Virus record (IMG/VR): IMGVR_UViG_3300024999_000062
Reading direction: 5' to 3' (one strand)
DNA: 64,000 nucleotides
Source: a virus
Position 1 is the stretch's first letter, and every line of letters begins with the position of its first letter. Below are positions 24,196 to 32,544 of this stretch, piece by piece. The notes under the pieces were generated by a model. That model did no database searches and was not told where the DNA came from. It saw only the letters and a list, made by a program, of their open reading frames with translations. The position numbers and the translations under genes are program-made.

Positions 24196-24549
24196 ATGAA
24201 TCTGGGTAGTCCTCAACAGTATGAGCCTATTGTATTAGTCAATAGGTATGATGTCACAAAAGCCCCTTTAAATCTTCGATACAAGTTACAAGCTCATTTA
24301 AATTATTCTATTCAGATAGTTTGTACTGGTCTAGATAAGGCTGATGCTGTCGTAAAAGTTCAACAGTCAAATGACCCTGATTTAGGGTTTGATGACCATC
24401 CCACTTTTAGTTGGAGTCCTGGAGTAGGCTCAAGCTCTCACAGTTTTGTGTCAACAGTGCCTCTTGGGACTGCTTGGTTGAATGTAAATTTAGTGAAAGG
24501 GACAAATACGACTGGTACTGTAACAGTTATTCTTCAAATAAATAAATAG
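24196..24549 (+). CDS. hypothetical beta-rich protein
   Basis: A 117-aa ORF with phage-like composition. Confidence 0.5.
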   Translation: MNLGSPQQYEPIVLVNRYDVTKAPLNLRYKLQAHLNYSIQIVCTGLDKADAVVKVQQSNDPDLGFDDHPTFSWSPGVGSSSHSFVSTVPLGTAWLNVNLVKGTNTTGTVTVILQINK

Positions 24550-24551
24550 AA

Positions 24552-24788
24552 ATGGGATCAATAACTTATTACCCAATTTCATATACGGGTACATCTCCTA
24601 TTCAGACTGAGCCTTTTATAGCAGGAGCTGGAGATACAACTTTTACCCCAACATTGTTTATCTTGAATACAACATGTCTGGTGTTTGTTAATGGGGCTTA
24701 CCAGAGTTGGGGGTGGTCAATTGTAGCTGGTTCAATTGTTTTTGCTGTTGGTTTAGTAGCTGGTTCAGAAGTGTTAATTATTAATTAG
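24552..24788 (+). CDS. hypothetical small beta-rich protein
   Basis: A 78-aa ORF rich in Gly/Thr/Val. Confidence 0.45.
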   Translation: MGSITYYPISYTGTSPIQTEPFIAGAGDTTFTPTLFILNTTCLVFVNGAYQSWGWSIVAGSIVFAVGLVAGSEVLIIN

Positions 24789-24795
24789 AGAAACA

Positions 24796-26853
24796 ATGAA
24801 GAAGATGTTATTTGTATTGTTGTTATTTTTGTCAATAACAGTTTGTTCTCAGATAAGAACTACTGTGATTTCAGTCCCAGATGCAGTAACAACTTTTAAA
24901 GTAGCTTTTCCAGCTGGAACTCAAGTATGTCAAGAAGATATAGGTGTTATATATGAGTTGACAGCTTATACAGTTGGGACTAAGACTTTAACTACAGCGA
25001 CTAAACGAGTTTTATCATCTGGTCCAGAAGTCGATCCAATATGGAAAGCTGATACAGCAAATGTCCCCAGACTAGGGACACAAAATATATTTACCAAATA
25101 TAACGAATTTCAAGGTAATAATCTATTCTCCGATTCCGCAACATTTCAAAGTAAAATTTGTTTGGGAACAGATTTGAATGGCTATAGGTCGTCAATATAT
25201 GACGATGGAACATTACAACTATGGAGGACTGGAGTTATAAAAAGCTCTTATGTTTATGTAGACACAAATTATGTAGGACTATATACGCAGAATTATGGAA
25301 TCACTGTGAACGATACCTCTTCAATGATTTCTAACCCGACACCAATACAGATGACAGGTGATGTGTTATTTAATAATAAAACTGTTCATTTAGACTCAAT
25401 AAGTCTAATAGGAGGAAGTCTTCAAGACAGCATATATGTATATTCTGACGGGAATTTACATATAGACAAATATGATGGTGCAGGAACAAATGGAACCATT
25501 ACGGGTAATGGTGCATGGGTGTTGGAGTCAAATACAACCGCAATTACTGGTGCTTTGTTTCAGAGTTCATTGTCTATTAACGCAGGAGAGACCTATATGT
25601 TGGCAAAAAAAAATTATGCCGGCACTGAATATAGGCAGAACAAACTAACAAGCAACATAAATGGTTTTATTTTTAACACGTCAACTAAAACAACATCAGT
25701 AGATGGATTAGTTGGTGATACATTAGGTAATGTTACTGTTGCTACAGAATTAAGATCTAATAGATTAAACACAAACATAAATGACACTATGGAGTTTGTT
25801 GATGATGCTATATTTGACAGTACGGTAACAGTGAATGGAAATTTTTATGCAGGAAATTCTACAGATGACACAACAAATGTGTCAGGAGATATAAAAATTG
25901 CTGGAAAAACGGCAGTAGGGGCAACAACGTACTTTCATCAACTAAATATTAACAGCAACCTTGCAACTAATTTAAACTCGATTTGTATTTATGACGGAGA
26001 TATAAACAAAAATACTTCTTCGGCAGCTCAGCAAAGAGATACTGCCGCATTTTATATATATAAAACACTTTTAGGAAAAACAATTTTTGGCGCAAAATCT
26101 GTTCTCGGCGCAAATCTTTTTAGTATGGATTCTGTTGGAACGTGGAGAATAGGTGGTGGTACAAACGTAACGTCATATGTTAGTACATTAAATGTAACAA
26201 AAAGCAGTACAGGAGGAGCTATTGCAGCGGTATACACTGGCTCAAGCTCATCTACCGCAGGCGGAGAAATAATTATAGCACAAGACGATAATGTAAACAC
26301 GTCAGTTGGAGACATGTTTGCAAAACTTACTTTAAAGGCCGCTCGACAAGCTGGTGGAGGATTGTATGCTGGCGCAATGATAGCGGCAATTGCGGCTGAA
26401 ACATTTGCAAATAGCAAATATGGGTCAAATCTATATTTTTACACAGTACCCATAAATACAGCCTCTCTACTGCCGGAATTTATAATTTATAATTCCGGCA
26501 TTATTTCTCAAACATATAATTTATATGAATCAGATTCTTTAAAGTTACAAAGAGAATCTTCAAGTTTAGCAGATGGTGGAACAATAACATTAGCTACAGG
26601 ACAAAGTGGTTATGGCACATTATATGTTGATAGCGCTGGGTTTAGAAAAATATTAATTTATTTTTCTTTTCAAGACGATGGAACAACATGGTTAGATGCT
26701 TCATATAATACTGGCAGTGGCTGGACAACTGCTGCAACAACGGATACACCTGGGAATGTATGTGTTTATGATGCCGGTGCGGGTGTAGCAATTAAAATAA
26801 ATTTAAATTATCGGACAGGAGTTAGACTTAATGTAAATTATGCAACGAATTAA
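24796..26853 (+). CDS. secreted or lipoprotein-type fibre-like beta-rich protein (chimeric composition)
   Basis: The signal peptide is MKKMLFVLLLFLSITVCSQ. 685 aa, rich in Thr/Asn/Gly/Ser. CpG-containing codons appear abruptly from about 25000 onward. Confidence 0.6.
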   Translation: MKKMLFVLLLFLSITVCSQIRTTVISVPDAVTTFKVAFPAGTQVCQEDIGVIYELTAYTVGTKTLTTATKRVLSSGPEVDPIWKADTANVPRLGTQNIFTKYNEFQGNNLFSDSATFQSKICLGTDLNGYRSSIYDDGTLQLWRTGVIKSSYVYVDTNYVGLYTQNYGITVNDTSSMISNPTPIQMTGDVLFNNKTVHLDSISLIGGSLQDSIYVYSDGNLHIDKYDGAGTNGTITGNGAWVLESNTTAITGALFQSSLSINAGETYMLAKKNYAGTEYRQNKLTSNINGFIFNTSTKTTSVDGLVGDTLGNVTVATELRSNRLNTNINDTMEFVDDAIFDSTVTVNGNFYAGNSTDDTTNVSGDIKIAGKTAVGATTYFHQLNINSNLATNLNSICIYDGDINKNTSSAAQQRDTAAFYIYKTLLGKTIFGAKSVLGANLFSMDSVGTWRIGGGTNVTSYVSTLNVTKSSTGGAIAAVYTGSSSSTAGGEIIIAQDDNVNTSVGDMFAKLTLKAARQAGGGLYAGAMIAAIAAETFANSKYGSNLYFYTVPINTASLLPEFIIYNSGIISQTYNLYESDSLKLQRESSSLADGGTITLATGQSGYGTLYVDSAGFRKILIYFSFQDDGTTWLDASYNTGSGWTTAATTDTPGNVCVYDAGAGVAIKINLNYRTGVRLNVNYATN

Positions 26854-27971
26854 TGAGACAATTATTATTTATATTATTAGTGTGTTATTCTTTCTCTTGT
26901 AAAGGTCAAATGGTAATAGATGGGTCAGTTTCTTACAACCCAGAATCTATAACAACAAATACTGGAATAACAATATCTGGAAATCCTACAATAGTAGGAT
27001 ACGGCGATTCAAATACAAAACATTATTCTTCAGAACCAAGTATAACCGTAGAAGGATGGGAGCCATATTCAGATGGCTATATGAATGTGTTGATGGGTGG
27101 TTATCCTTTTTTTTATGGTTCAACTATCGTTAATTCTGGCACTCCTGGAATGACATCCACTACAGCAATCACTAACTTTACTACAAAAGTTAGAGCATAT
27201 TCTCCTAGAATTGTTGTGATGGGATTTGGAACTAATGACCTGGGTGTTGTTAGCTACAATACTTATATAACTAACATGGGCATATTGATAGATTCGATAT
27301 TATCAATACAAGCACAGCCTGTTTTGTTAAACATACCGTGGCGGGAAAACGCAAATGCAAGTACGTTGGCGCAATTTAATGCGGGTTTAGATAGCATTGT
27401 TATAGCAAATAATTTGTCTGAATTATTAGATGTTTACACGGTAACAAATAGTACCCCTATTTATAATTTGATGGAAACCGGATTACCGGGCAACGAGAAA
27501 AGACATTGGACATATTTTATTAGTAATTATATTTCTCACAAATTTAAAGAAACATGGACAGTATATACAAGTTTAGATACGGCCGATTATATAACTACAT
27601 TTAATTCTGGAAATATATTAACAACATTTAATTCAATATATGACACTACCGGAGTGTCTGAATATTTTAAGTCTTACCATATTGGGCACTATGTTAGTGT
27701 TAATGGAGATTCTATAAAAAATGATTTTGAAACATTTTTAGTGCCAAAAGATAGCACAATTGGTATTTCTTTTTTAGGGAAATTATGTATAGGATTTTAT
27801 ACACTATCCGCAAGTACTACGGTAGTGGTATCGGGAACAATTAATAGAAGTTGGCTGATGAATACAGCTACAACCTGCAATCAAAGACAATCAATAATGA
27901 GCGATAAAGTTGAAATTATTTTTCTAACACCAAATAAAGATATTAGAATAAGAACAATTAGCAAAGAATAA
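26853..27971 (+). CDS. SGNH/GDSL-family hydrolase with lipoprotein-type signal peptide
   Basis: MRQLLFILLVCYSFSCKGQ, then GYGDSNT (block I GDS) and MGFGTNDL (block III GxND). I did not find block V clearly. Confidence 0.6.
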   Translation: MRQLLFILLVCYSFSCKGQMVIDGSVSYNPESITTNTGITISGNPTIVGYGDSNTKHYSSEPSITVEGWEPYSDGYMNVLMGGYPFFYGSTIVNSGTPGMTSTTAITNFTTKVRAYSPRIVVMGFGTNDLGVVSYNTYITNMGILIDSILSIQAQPVLLNIPWRENANASTLAQFNAGLDSIVIANNLSELLDVYTVTNSTPIYNLMETGLPGNEKRHWTYFISNYISHKFKETWTVYTSLDTADYITTFNSGNILTTFNSIYDTTGVSEYFKSYHIGHYVSVNGDSIKNDFETFLVPKDSTIGISFLGKLCIGFYTLSASTTVVVSGTINRSWLMNTATTCNQRQSIMSDKVEIIFLTPNKDIRIRTISKE

Positions 27972-28087
27972 TGAGACAAATATTATTTATATTATTAATA
28001 TTATTATTGTTAAGTAATACTGTATTTTATTCAGATACAGACGATATAACAGTAAAAACACTTACACTGTTTGGAATGGGAATGTAA
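27971..28087 (+). pseudogene. 38-aa ORF, likely a remnant 5' stub of a signal-peptide gene
   Basis: It starts with TAATGAGACAAATATTATTTATATTATTA, which matches the start junction of the SGNH gene at 26851 in 28 of 29 nt. It encodes MRQILFILLILLLL... and then stops. Confidence 0.35.
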
Positions 28088-28097
28088 AATTTTAGAT

Positions 28098-28517
28098 ATG
28101 AAACTATTAAACAATAAGTTCACATTAGCTGTAATAGGCACAATTATAGGAGGTGTTGTTACATGGCTTGTAATAGGTATGTTAACTTCATATAAAGACC
28201 GCGAAGCAAATATTGATTCTATTCCAAACGTAAAACAAAAGGTCGAAAATCTGGAGCAATTTCACATAAGCAACAAGGCAGAAATAGCAGAAGCCCGCAA
28301 GTCATTGCAACAACAAATTGACACCCTGCGGGATAAATCCTTAACAACTAATGGCAACTTTAATGAATTCCTCGAAACGTATAAGCAAGACCAGAAGATG
28401 AACAGAATTATACTTATTGAAATTTGTAAAACACAAAAAGAATTAAGTAAGTTGATTCCAATTCTCGATAATTTAAAAACCGTTAATAATAATCAAACAT
28501 CAAATAATCTTAAGTAA
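28098..28517 (+). CDS. membrane-anchored coiled-coil protein
   Basis: An N-terminal TM segment (FTLAVIGTIIGGVVTWLVIGMLT) is followed by a helical charged region. The ATG at 28098 is preferred over the TTG at 28071. Confidence 0.55.
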   Translation: MKLLNNKFTLAVIGTIIGGVVTWLVIGMLTSYKDREANIDSIPNVKQKVENLEQFHISNKAEIAEARKSLQQQIDTLRDKSLTTNGNFNEFLETYKQDQKMNRIILIEICKTQKELSKLIPILDNLKTVNNNQTSNNLK

Positions 28518-28547
28518 AGTTTGAAGAATTTTTAATATCTTTATGCC
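28517..28547 (+). promoter_or_regulatory. Class-II promoter-like element (TTTTTAATATCTTTAT core)
   Basis: AAGTTTGAAGAATTTTTAATATCTTTATGCC lies immediately before the ATG at 28548. The same 16-nt core occurs at 40520-40536, upstream of the sheath gene. Confidence 0.35.
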
Positions 28548-28961
28548 ATGAGAGTAATTATAATTCGTACTTATCTAGAGAAGGAGACTGTAGGTCATCT
28601 TTCTGTTATTGATGATTGTAAAGAAGAGGTTTATACTTGTCATACAGTTGAGCTCCCGAATAAGGATAACCAGAGAAATATTAGTTGTATTCTTGAAGGT
28701 ATTTACGATGTCCAGAAAGAAAAGCCAAATGCTCACTTCAAGTATGTTCACTTTAGTATATTGAATGTGCCAAATAGATCAGGGATAATGATACACATTA
28801 CCAATTATGTTTCTCAGTTAAGAGGTTGTATTGCTCCTGGAAGAGACTTAGTTGATATGAATGGTGATCGCTTACCAGATGTTAATTATTCAAATGTAGT
28901 AATGAAAGAGTTAGCCAAGTTACTTCCAGATAAGTTTAAGTTAGAGATTAAATCAAAATAA
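28548..28961 (+). CDS. DUF5675-like / YkuD-fold-like protein (possible cell-wall enzyme)
   Basis: IMIHITNYVSQLRGCIAPG resembles the H-x(n)-G-C-[IV] catalytic block of L,D-transpeptidase (YkuD) folds. The overall pattern recalls DUF5675. Confidence 0.45.
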   Translation: MRVIIIRTYLEKETVGHLSVIDDCKEEVYTCHTVELPNKDNQRNISCILEGIYDVQKEKPNAHFKYVHFSILNVPNRSGIMIHITNYVSQLRGCIAPGRDLVDMNGDRLPDVNYSNVVMKELAKLLPDKFKLEIKSK

Positions 28962-28964
28962 AGA

Positions 28965-30725
28965 ATGGGTTTGTTCACTTTGTTTCATTATTCAGATTCT
29001 CAGCTTCAACGTTATAAAGAACTTGAAGATCAGATAGTTATTGTGAAAGCAGAAGCTGGAAAAGAGTTTGAGTTGTTTACTACATTTCAGAAGAATTGTC
29101 AAGATAGGCTAAGAGTAATTTTTTTACAGTTAGAGAAGGCAAAGTCACTGGAATTGGTTGAAACTAGAGAATTTATTCAGAAAGGTTATAGATCAGCTTG
29201 GTCAAAGTATTTACAAAAGATTTCTAGTCTTAGAGTTAGCCTCCAGAAGACACAAGAAGCACAAGTCAGTTTATTGAAGCACAAGTCAGTTCGTAGTTAT
29301 GTGTCTTTTAAGAATGAAGATCAGACTGAGTTAAAGAAAGCTATAAACTCTCTTGTTCTTGGTTATTCAGCTAATCAAATTGAAAGAGAAGAGTTCTCAA
29401 AGGGATTCTCCAGAGTGTTATCTCTGGATATTGAAAATCCGGGAATAATAGACTATTTTGGTGTAATTTTAGAGAAGGCAGAAAAGAGAGCTCTATTCCA
29501 GGACTTTATTGATGTTATCAAGGAAGCTATTGGTAAAGGTAAGAAGAAGACTAAATATGCTGATGGTATTATCTTCAATGATAAAGGAGAAATACTTTTT
29601 CTTCGAAGAAAGCCAGATGCTGAATTTGCCCCTTATGAATATGGTCTTCCTGGAGGGCATGTTGATTTTGGTGAAAATCCACAAGATGCAGTTAAGAGAG
29701 AGATTAGTGAAGAGTGTGGTGTTACAGTAAAGACTTGTGAACTAAAAGAAAGATATGAAGATGACAAAGTAATCATCTTCTATTTCCAGTGTACTCTTCA
29801 AGAGCCCTATGAAGTTGTTTTAACTAGAGATGAACACTTTAATTATGAATGGCTATCTCATGAAGTCCGTCAGACAAAGTCTTTGATATCTAACTTGAAT
29901 GACAATCTTAATAGAATTTATGGAATTGAAGGCAAGAGAGATTTTGAGAAAGCAGAAGTAGAGAGAGTTGATGATGACATCTTGAAGCCTTTTACTGAAG
30001 AACAGATAGCCAAGAAGTATGAAATTACTGAAGAAGAAGCTAAAATTTTTCTAGATGAAGGCAAGAAAGTAGAAAAAGAACATACTAAGAATAAAGAAGT
30101 GGCTAGAACAATAGCCTCTCATCATATTTACAAAGAGTCAAAAGACTATTACCCGGAACTTAAGAAGCTGGAAGATAAGTTTAAGGAAGATGGGATTGAG
30201 AAAGCTATGTCAGATGTTTTATTATCTGTTGAAGATAGTGATGATGAAGAGCAAATAATTGAAAAAGCTGGAAGAGTATTTAGTAAACTAACAAAGAATA
30301 TGACTGTAAATAAGAAAGGTTTTTTGCAGACTGTATATCGGTCCCATCCAAATCAGAGTAGTGTTACTAACTCTAACAGGATGAAAGTTAATCAAAAGGT
30401 TAAGACTGGTGGTGACAGTGAAATGGATGTTGATACTTTTGTGAAGAAGTTTGGACATAGAGTTCATTATACAGTAAAACAACACCCAGAAACAAAAAAG
30501 ACCTATACTTATATGGGTGGTGAAGATAAGAAGGGTGGAGTAGTAAGAGAGATTCAACTTAAACCATTTACTCTTTCTCATGAGTTTGATGAAGATACCA
30601 TGGAGCATTTAAGATCTTATGCTGATGGTAAAGAGATTTCAAAAGAAGAAGGGATTAACCATGAAAAAGAGCTGAAACAAATGGGTTTCAAATTAATTAG
30701 AGAACGAGAACAATCAGAAGAATAA
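28965..30725 (+). CDS. large protein with embedded Nudix hydrolase domain
   Basis: A perfect Nudix box, G-HVDFG-E-NPQDAVK-RE-I-S-EE-C-G-V, sits at 29655-29723. It is flanked by about 195 aa of helical N-terminus and about 260 aa of C-terminus that includes EKEHTKNKEVARTIASHHIYKESKDYYPELKKLE. Confidence 0.8.
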   Translation: MGLFTLFHYSDSQLQRYKELEDQIVIVKAEAGKEFELFTTFQKNCQDRLRVIFLQLEKAKSLELVETREFIQKGYRSAWSKYLQKISSLRVSLQKTQEAQVSLLKHKSVRSYVSFKNEDQTELKKAINSLVLGYSANQIEREEFSKGFSRVLSLDIENPGIIDYFGVILEKAEKRALFQDFIDVIKEAIGKGKKKTKYADGIIFNDKGEILFLRRKPDAEFAPYEYGLPGGHVDFGENPQDAVKREISEECGVTVKTCELKERYEDDKVIIFYFQCTLQEPYEVVLTRDEHFNYEWLSHEVRQTKSLISNLNDNLNRIYGIEGKRDFEKAEVERVDDDILKPFTEEQIAKKYEITEEEAKIFLDEGKKVEKEHTKNKEVARTIASHHIYKESKDYYPELKKLEDKFKEDGIEKAMSDVLLSVEDSDDEEQIIEKAGRVFSKLTKNMTVNKKGFLQTVYRSHPNQSSVTNSNRMKVNQKVKTGGDSEMDVDTFVKKFGHRVHYTVKQHPETKKTYTYMGGEDKKGGVVREIQLKPFTLSHEFDEDTMEHLRSYADGKEISKEEGINHEKELKQMGFKLIREREQSEE

Positions 30726-30730
30726 AAGAT

Positions 30731-31927
30731 ATGAACCAAAAAAGAATTAATTTCTTTATCCCATTAGAGATAGAGAAGTCAGCAGATGAAAAGGGCAAAA
30801 AGAAGATGCTTGTCAAAGGTGTTGCTTCTACTAAAGATAAGGATACTGATGATGAAGAACTTGATACTTCAGGGTTTGATCTATCTTATCTAAATAGATA
30901 TGGTTTTTTAAATTGGCATCACCAAGCTAAAGGTACTCCAGCAGCCGTTATTGGTGAGCCTACAAAAGCTGAACTGACTCCAAAGGGTTTGTACATCGAA
31001 GGTGAACTTTATGCTGATTCAAAGCTTGCAAAGGAAGTCTATCAGTTAGCTGAACTCTTGGAAAAGTCAGGTTCAACAAGACATCTTGGTTTTTCTATTG
31101 AAGGTAATGTAGTAGAAAGAGGTTCAAAAGATGAGAAACATCCAGACTTTAAAAAGATTCTTAAGTCACAAATCACGGGAGTAGCCATAACTCACATGCC
31201 AAAGAATAACAATACTCTCCTTTCCATTATGAAGGGGCAGGCTGAGAACCTTTACGAAGAAGTTGAGTTTGAAGTTATTGAAAAGGGTCAGAAGGGTGAA
31301 ACAAATCTTATTATTGATATCACAGATGATTTATTAGATCAAAGAATTACTGTTGATAAAGATCTGAATCTGAAGATCGAAAAAGCTGGTGAAGGTAGTA
31401 GAGGTGGGAAAATCATCGGCCATACAAAATCTGGTAAACCTATATACAGTAGTACTGTTAATTATCATGATTTACATAAAAACTTCACTGCTAAAGATCA
31501 TGAAGATGCTAAACAGCATCATTTAGGTGTAGCTAAAAAACATTTTCAGGAAGCTGAGGAGCATGAGAAGAGATCTGAAGACAAGACTTTGAGCAGTGAA
31601 CAAAGAAAAGAACATGAAGTGAAAATGAATGAATCATCTAAACTTTCAGGTGTACATAGTAGTCTAGCTGACTATCATCGTTCAGAAAAATTTAAGGCAC
31701 CAGAAAAAGAGATAGAAAAATCTATTGATACATCAAATGCTGGAGCCATAATTCGTGAAGATCTAGAACATGCAGTTCACATCTCTCCAGAGGAGAAGAA
31801 GAAAAAAGAACAAGCAATCTGTACTATTACTAAGGCATTCACATCTGGTCAGATTGATGAAAGAGAATTTGAGAATATAAAAAGACAGTTAATTGAAAAG
31901 AGAAAGAGTAATAACCAAAATCAATAA
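30731..31927 (+). CDS. prohead (capsid maturation) serine protease with long C-terminal extension
   Basis: The N-terminal 170 aa fit the HK97-family prohead protease pattern (KGVASTKDKDTDDEELD, LNWHHQ, GLYIEGEL, LGFSIEG). It lies upstream of the scaffold and capsid genes. Confidence 0.7.
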   Translation: MNQKRINFFIPLEIEKSADEKGKKKMLVKGVASTKDKDTDDEELDTSGFDLSYLNRYGFLNWHHQAKGTPAAVIGEPTKAELTPKGLYIEGELYADSKLAKEVYQLAELLEKSGSTRHLGFSIEGNVVERGSKDEKHPDFKKILKSQITGVAITHMPKNNNTLLSIMKGQAENLYEEVEFEVIEKGQKGETNLIIDITDDLLDQRITVDKDLNLKIEKAGEGSRGGKIIGHTKSGKPIYSSTVNYHDLHKNFTAKDHEDAKQHHLGVAKKHFQEAEEHEKRSEDKTLSSEQRKEHEVKMNESSKLSGVHSSLADYHRSEKFKAPEKEIEKSIDTSNAGAIIREDLEHAVHISPEEKKKKEQAICTITKAFTSGQIDEREFENIKRQLIEKRKSNNQNQ

Positions 31928-31929
31928 TT

Positions 31930-32541
31930 ATGAAAAAGTTCTTAATGTTTTTAGTATTAAGTGTGATGTTTATTATGACAGGAGTGTCAGCAGAGAAGTT
32001 AAATGATCGAAATGGAGATCTAACTCTCAAACCTTTACATCAAACTGAATTGATTGTTCAAGATAGCTTACATCAGCTTCAAGTCTGCCCAGATGTAGTA
32101 GAGGTGATGAAAGATTCACTCCAAGTAACTACAACATCTCTGGAGATTGCCAGAGTAAGAACTAGTCAACTTCAAGAGTTTAAAGAGTTAGTACTTGGTG
32201 GTCTGACTCCAGCAACATATTGGGCTGGATTCCTTTTCTGCTTTATCGGGATGTTTATAAGATGGGGTATCAAGACTAGAAAGTCAGTAAAGAATAATCT
32301 TACAACCCCAAGTAAGTTTAAATTTTGGTTTTGGGTAAAAGATAACTTAAAAGACAAGATTCTCCAAGCTCTCTTTGTCTTTGCAGTAATATTTATCTGT
32401 TTAAGATTCCCTTATGAGTTATTGGGTTGGACATTCTCAATGGTGATGTGTTTAGGAGTAGGTTTATTGTTTGACTGGGTTGTTGATATGATTGACAACT
32501 GGAAACCCATAAGAAAGATTGATGCTAATGCTAAGATTTAA
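31930..32541 (+). CDS. integral membrane protein
   Basis: It has a signal-like N-terminus plus about three hydrophobic segments (YWAGFLFCFIGMFI, ILQALFVFAVIFICL, WTFSMVMCLGVGLLF). Confidence 0.6.
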   Translation: MKKFLMFLVLSVMFIMTGVSAEKLNDRNGDLTLKPLHQTELIVQDSLHQLQVCPDVVEVMKDSLQVTTTSLEIARVRTSQLQEFKELVLGGLTPATYWAGFLFCFIGMFIRWGIKTRKSVKNNLTTPSKFKFWFWVKDNLKDKILQALFVFAVIFICLRFPYELLGWTFSMVMCLGVGLLFDWVVDMIDNWKPIRKIDANAKI

Positions 32542-32544
32542 AAG

